Source of the DNA: Yuukianura sp. NJ FZ-2021 | Lineage: Eukaryota | Assembly: GCA_046563655.1 (NCBI GenBank) | Contig: CM102287.1 | Location: 5,952,001-6,016,000, forward strand | DNA: 64,000 bases | Direction of reading: 5' to 3' | Shown here: in pieces, positions 51,664 to 64,000 of the stretch | Layout: the number at the start of each line of letters is the position of its first letter | Position numbering within the stretch: position 1 is the stretch's first letter | Program-made: the position numbers and the translations under genes | Notes under the pieces: model-generated | The model's input: the letters and a program-made list of their open reading frames with translations, nothing else | Databases searched by the model: none | Told to the model about the DNA's origin: nothing

Positions 51664-52981
51664 ATGACTGAAAAACCCCATACCGTCAATTCTGGCATAC
51701 CTTATGGTAACTAACCGTATACTAATCGAACTAAAAAATTATAAGTGCTCTATATCAATGTATGGACTTATTTTAAAAATTGATGCTTTTTTATTTCTAT
51801 ATTGTTTTTTAAATTCCAAATTATAGCCAGCTCGTTACTAAAAATTCCTCCAATACTTGACACCGAGGTCAAACGGAGAGCTGACATACTGGTAGCAAGC
51901 AAAAGCCATCTTGTTTCTGGGGACCATCGTGCTGCCTGGCTACTTCGAGCTGTAACATGCATTGACCTCACTACTCTTGCTGGTAGAGTTACTTTTTTCA
52001 AAATTTCGAAAATTGAATCTCTGGAATCATTTTTTTTTGTTATAAGGGGACGACACGGAGTCTAACGTAGTTCGTCTGTGTGCCAAAGCGCTGAATCCAA
52101 TTCGAAAAGACATTTTGAAGGAACTAGAACTACCAGACGATTTCAATTTGACATGCGGAGCAGTTTGTGTTTATCCAAATCGTGTCAACGAAGCCGTCAC
52201 TGCCCTTGCTGGACAACTTCCAGTAGCTTCCGGTAGGTATGAATGCTAGTTCGCAACAAGTTAAGAAAACATATAACCTTTAGTGACCTTACTGTATCTT
52301 GTGACAGTTGCAACGGGATTCCCTGCTGGACAAACGCCTTTGGAAGCTCGTTTAGGCGAAATTCGATATGCAGTGGACAACGGAGCAACTGAAATTGACA
52401 TCGTGATTAATAGAGAGCAAGCAATTGCTGCAGCATGGGAAGCCATGTATGACGAGGTTCGACAAATGCGTACTGCTTGCGGCAGTGCACATATGAAAGC
52501 GATTCTTGCAGTCGGAGAGCTACCGGACTTCACTTACGTGTACAAAGCTGCTATGACTTGCATGATGGCCGGAGCTGACTTTGTCAAAACTTCGACCGGT
52601 AACATAAACCAACATGAACTCTAAAAATACCGTTTTTTTCTTCTAATTTTCGGTACTAAAATTAACATGTACACTTCTGATTCTCCAGGAAAAGAGGCTG
52701 TCAATGCTACAATTCCTGTTGGTGTGGTCATGTGCCGTGCCATTCGCAACTATTACACCGAAACCGGAATCCGAATTGGCCTCAAACCTGCTGGAGGAAT
52801 TCGTGTAGCCCAAGACGCCATTAATTGGCTAATTCTTGTTAAGGAAGAACTCGGAATGGAATGGCTCAACAAAGATCTGTTTCGAATTGGAGCATCCGGA
52901 CTTTTAGCAGACATTGAACAAAAACTATACGTTCACGCCTACGGTCGCAGTCCACCACCAAATCTACTACAAGCCATCTAA
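51664..52981 (+). CDS. DERA: Deoxyribose-phosphate aldolase
   Basis: CIDLTTLAGDD, VATGFPAGQ, GATEIDIVI, ADFVKTSTGKE, GLKPAGGIR, FRIGAS. Confidence 0.96.
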
Positions 52982-53705
52982 AAACCGAAATGGAAACAGA
53001 GTGATTATTTTTGTCAAAATTTTGAAAAGAAAGAATTTCACTTTTCAATTTATTGCACCATTTAGGTGCAATAACCTGAAAAACCAGATTCTGGTGAGAT
53101 TGGTAAGACAAAAAAAGTAAAGTTTGTGACTGGAATTGCCCAGAAACAGTCAATGTTCCGGATCCTGAACTGCTTTTTTTTCTTTCATTGTTTTCAACAA
53201 ACGGCATTCTATTCCATTGTCTTACAATTGTTGAGGTGAGGGTGATGATTTAATTTAGGCCAATTTTTCCGTAACCCCAACATTTTGCGTGTCCAATTGA
53301 GCCCTGAAGGCTCAAAGTTACTACTTAAGGAGTTTGATTAATTGCCCATTTCCTGCGTCTTAAGATCAAATGAAGGCGGAGGTTAGTGGCCGATTTGTTA
53401 TCCTCAATTTCTGTTCTGGGTCCAGAATTGGCGAAGGACGTGAGGTGCCAACTGATCGCTAAGTTATTAACTTAGGTCTGTGTTGGCTGCAAGCTATTAG
53501 TTGGACTCCGATACTGTTTAGGAAACGAAATAACAGGATTCGACGCCTTTCCTCCCCCGTGTGAAGTGCTGCTTAGCCCAGAATAAAAGCTCAAGAAATT
53601 CAAACGCAGTGACTCAGTTGGTACACAGTAATCGATTCAAGAAGGATCCAAGTATTTCAGAGACCAACGAAGATTAGTTGCCGAGTGAAACAATTAATTG
53701 AGACA

Positions 53706-54581
53706 ATGGGCGGTATTCAATTGATTAGGATCTTGACACTTGTGGTGCTGTCGACAAGGGCACAGGGTACTGGGCTTGGTCTCCCCCAGTACTACGTTCG
53801 TCACCCAGGGAGCTTTCACACCTTCAAGGTAGAAACGCCTATCGGAAGAAACAAAGACACCAATTAATCAATCCCAATCTCTAATTATTTCTAAACTTTA
53901 TGAACATAAATCAATCACAAACTTACCTTTCAGGACTTGAGTGTCACTTCGGCAGCTCCAATCTCCAAGGCCTATGACATTGAACTTGTGAAACCAGTGT
54001 CACAAATGCCACAAAGGAAAAGAGTTCCACTTTTCTTGGTTCCACAGACTTCCGTTCATGTTTATCCAGCTACTGCGAAGCATCTTCCCGCAATTGAAAT
54101 TCCGCTGGATGAACCGATGATCCTCACCGCTCCGACACCGGAAGTCACTGCACCAATGGGATTCAACGTCCTCTGTCGTGGTAACTTGTTGCCATTCTAC
54201 ACAGTTGCTTTACTTGCTCCTATTCCTCCAGGAACTCACATCTCCCGCGATACTCCAGTTATCATAAACATGGTCTACGCCATTTCCAAAATGCCGCAAG
54301 CACCTTCCTACCACAAACTAAAAACACAAAATCCAGTTACTCAAACCACTACTACAGAAAAGTACCCATCAAACGCAATAGGAGGTCCGTTACACGACAT
54401 GATTTCTCTGGACGCTGACACTGTCAGCGTTCCTCTACAGATTGAAGAAAACGATCAAGTTCCATTTGACAATGCCAAAGAATCCCCAGTTCTGCTGGAA
54501 CTCCGTTTAGAGGCACTGCAGAGACAAGTCCAACAGCTTCAAGCTCAAATCCTCAGACTTAAGCGGCTAAGAGGTCCTTAA
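53706..54581 (+). CDS. Secreted Pro/Thr-rich protein with a C-terminal coiled coil, 2 exons, unknown function
   Basis: Signal peptide MGGIQLIRILTLVVLSTRAQG, in-frame intron, heptad LEALQRQVQQLQAQILRL. Confidence 0.7.
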
Positions 54582-54892
54582 ACCTGCACTTCCGTCGATT
54601 ACTCCATTAAGATTAATCGTACTGAATAAATTATGTATTTACCACTCATTAAATCATTATCTCTTCGCTAATTGACAAAACCCGGGGCATTTTCTCGCAT
54701 CAAAGAAATTTCTCACTCTAACCCGTAAATGGCTTCCTTAATTGCTGCAAATCGTGAGAAAAATGTACCGTTTCCAACGATATTGCAAAGAAATCCTTAA
54801 ATCACCGCTAAAAATAAATTAAATAAATGATAATCCACAATACAGTATTAAGTCGCCCATTTGAAATAGTAACTCTTTAATTTCAAAATATG

Positions 54893-63920
<9,028 letters not shown>

Positions 63921-64000
63921 TCTGAATAAACGTCTAAAAATCGTTATAAAAAAAAGTTTCAAATATGGGCGTCAATCAGAGCGAATATAGATTTATTACA

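Overview
Eukaryotic, gene-dense, AT-rich arthropod DNA with short GT-AG introns, mostly 55-110 nt. Gene content (methuselah-like GPCRs, corkscrew, glorund) and compactness suggest a hexapod, possibly a springtail; this is inference, not established. In order: a small single-pass membrane protein, a mitochondrial-type rhodanese, a miniature CD36-like protein, a secreted Cys-rich protein, a tandem triplicate of small 13-Cys secreted proteins (middle copy pseudogenised), three methuselah-like GPCRs interrupted by a cytosolic bacterial/mite-type UDP-glycosyltransferase, ELOVL6-like elongase, corkscrew/SHP2, a C2H2 zinc-finger factor, a GT92 glycosyltransferase, AFG1L, a 4-TM protein, glorund/hnRNP F/H, DERA, a secreted Pro-rich protein, and POLR3B with a BTB-BACK-IQ-Kelch gene nested antisense in intron 2. 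Several non-autonomous DNA elements are present, some with clear target-site duplications (TSDs). Top leads: the probable horizontally acquired UGT with a transposon in its promoter, a candidate G-tract/NMD autoregulatory cassette in glorund, the mini-CD36, and the 13-Cys secreted family. Gene models were spliced by eye and some 3' ends are uncertain.
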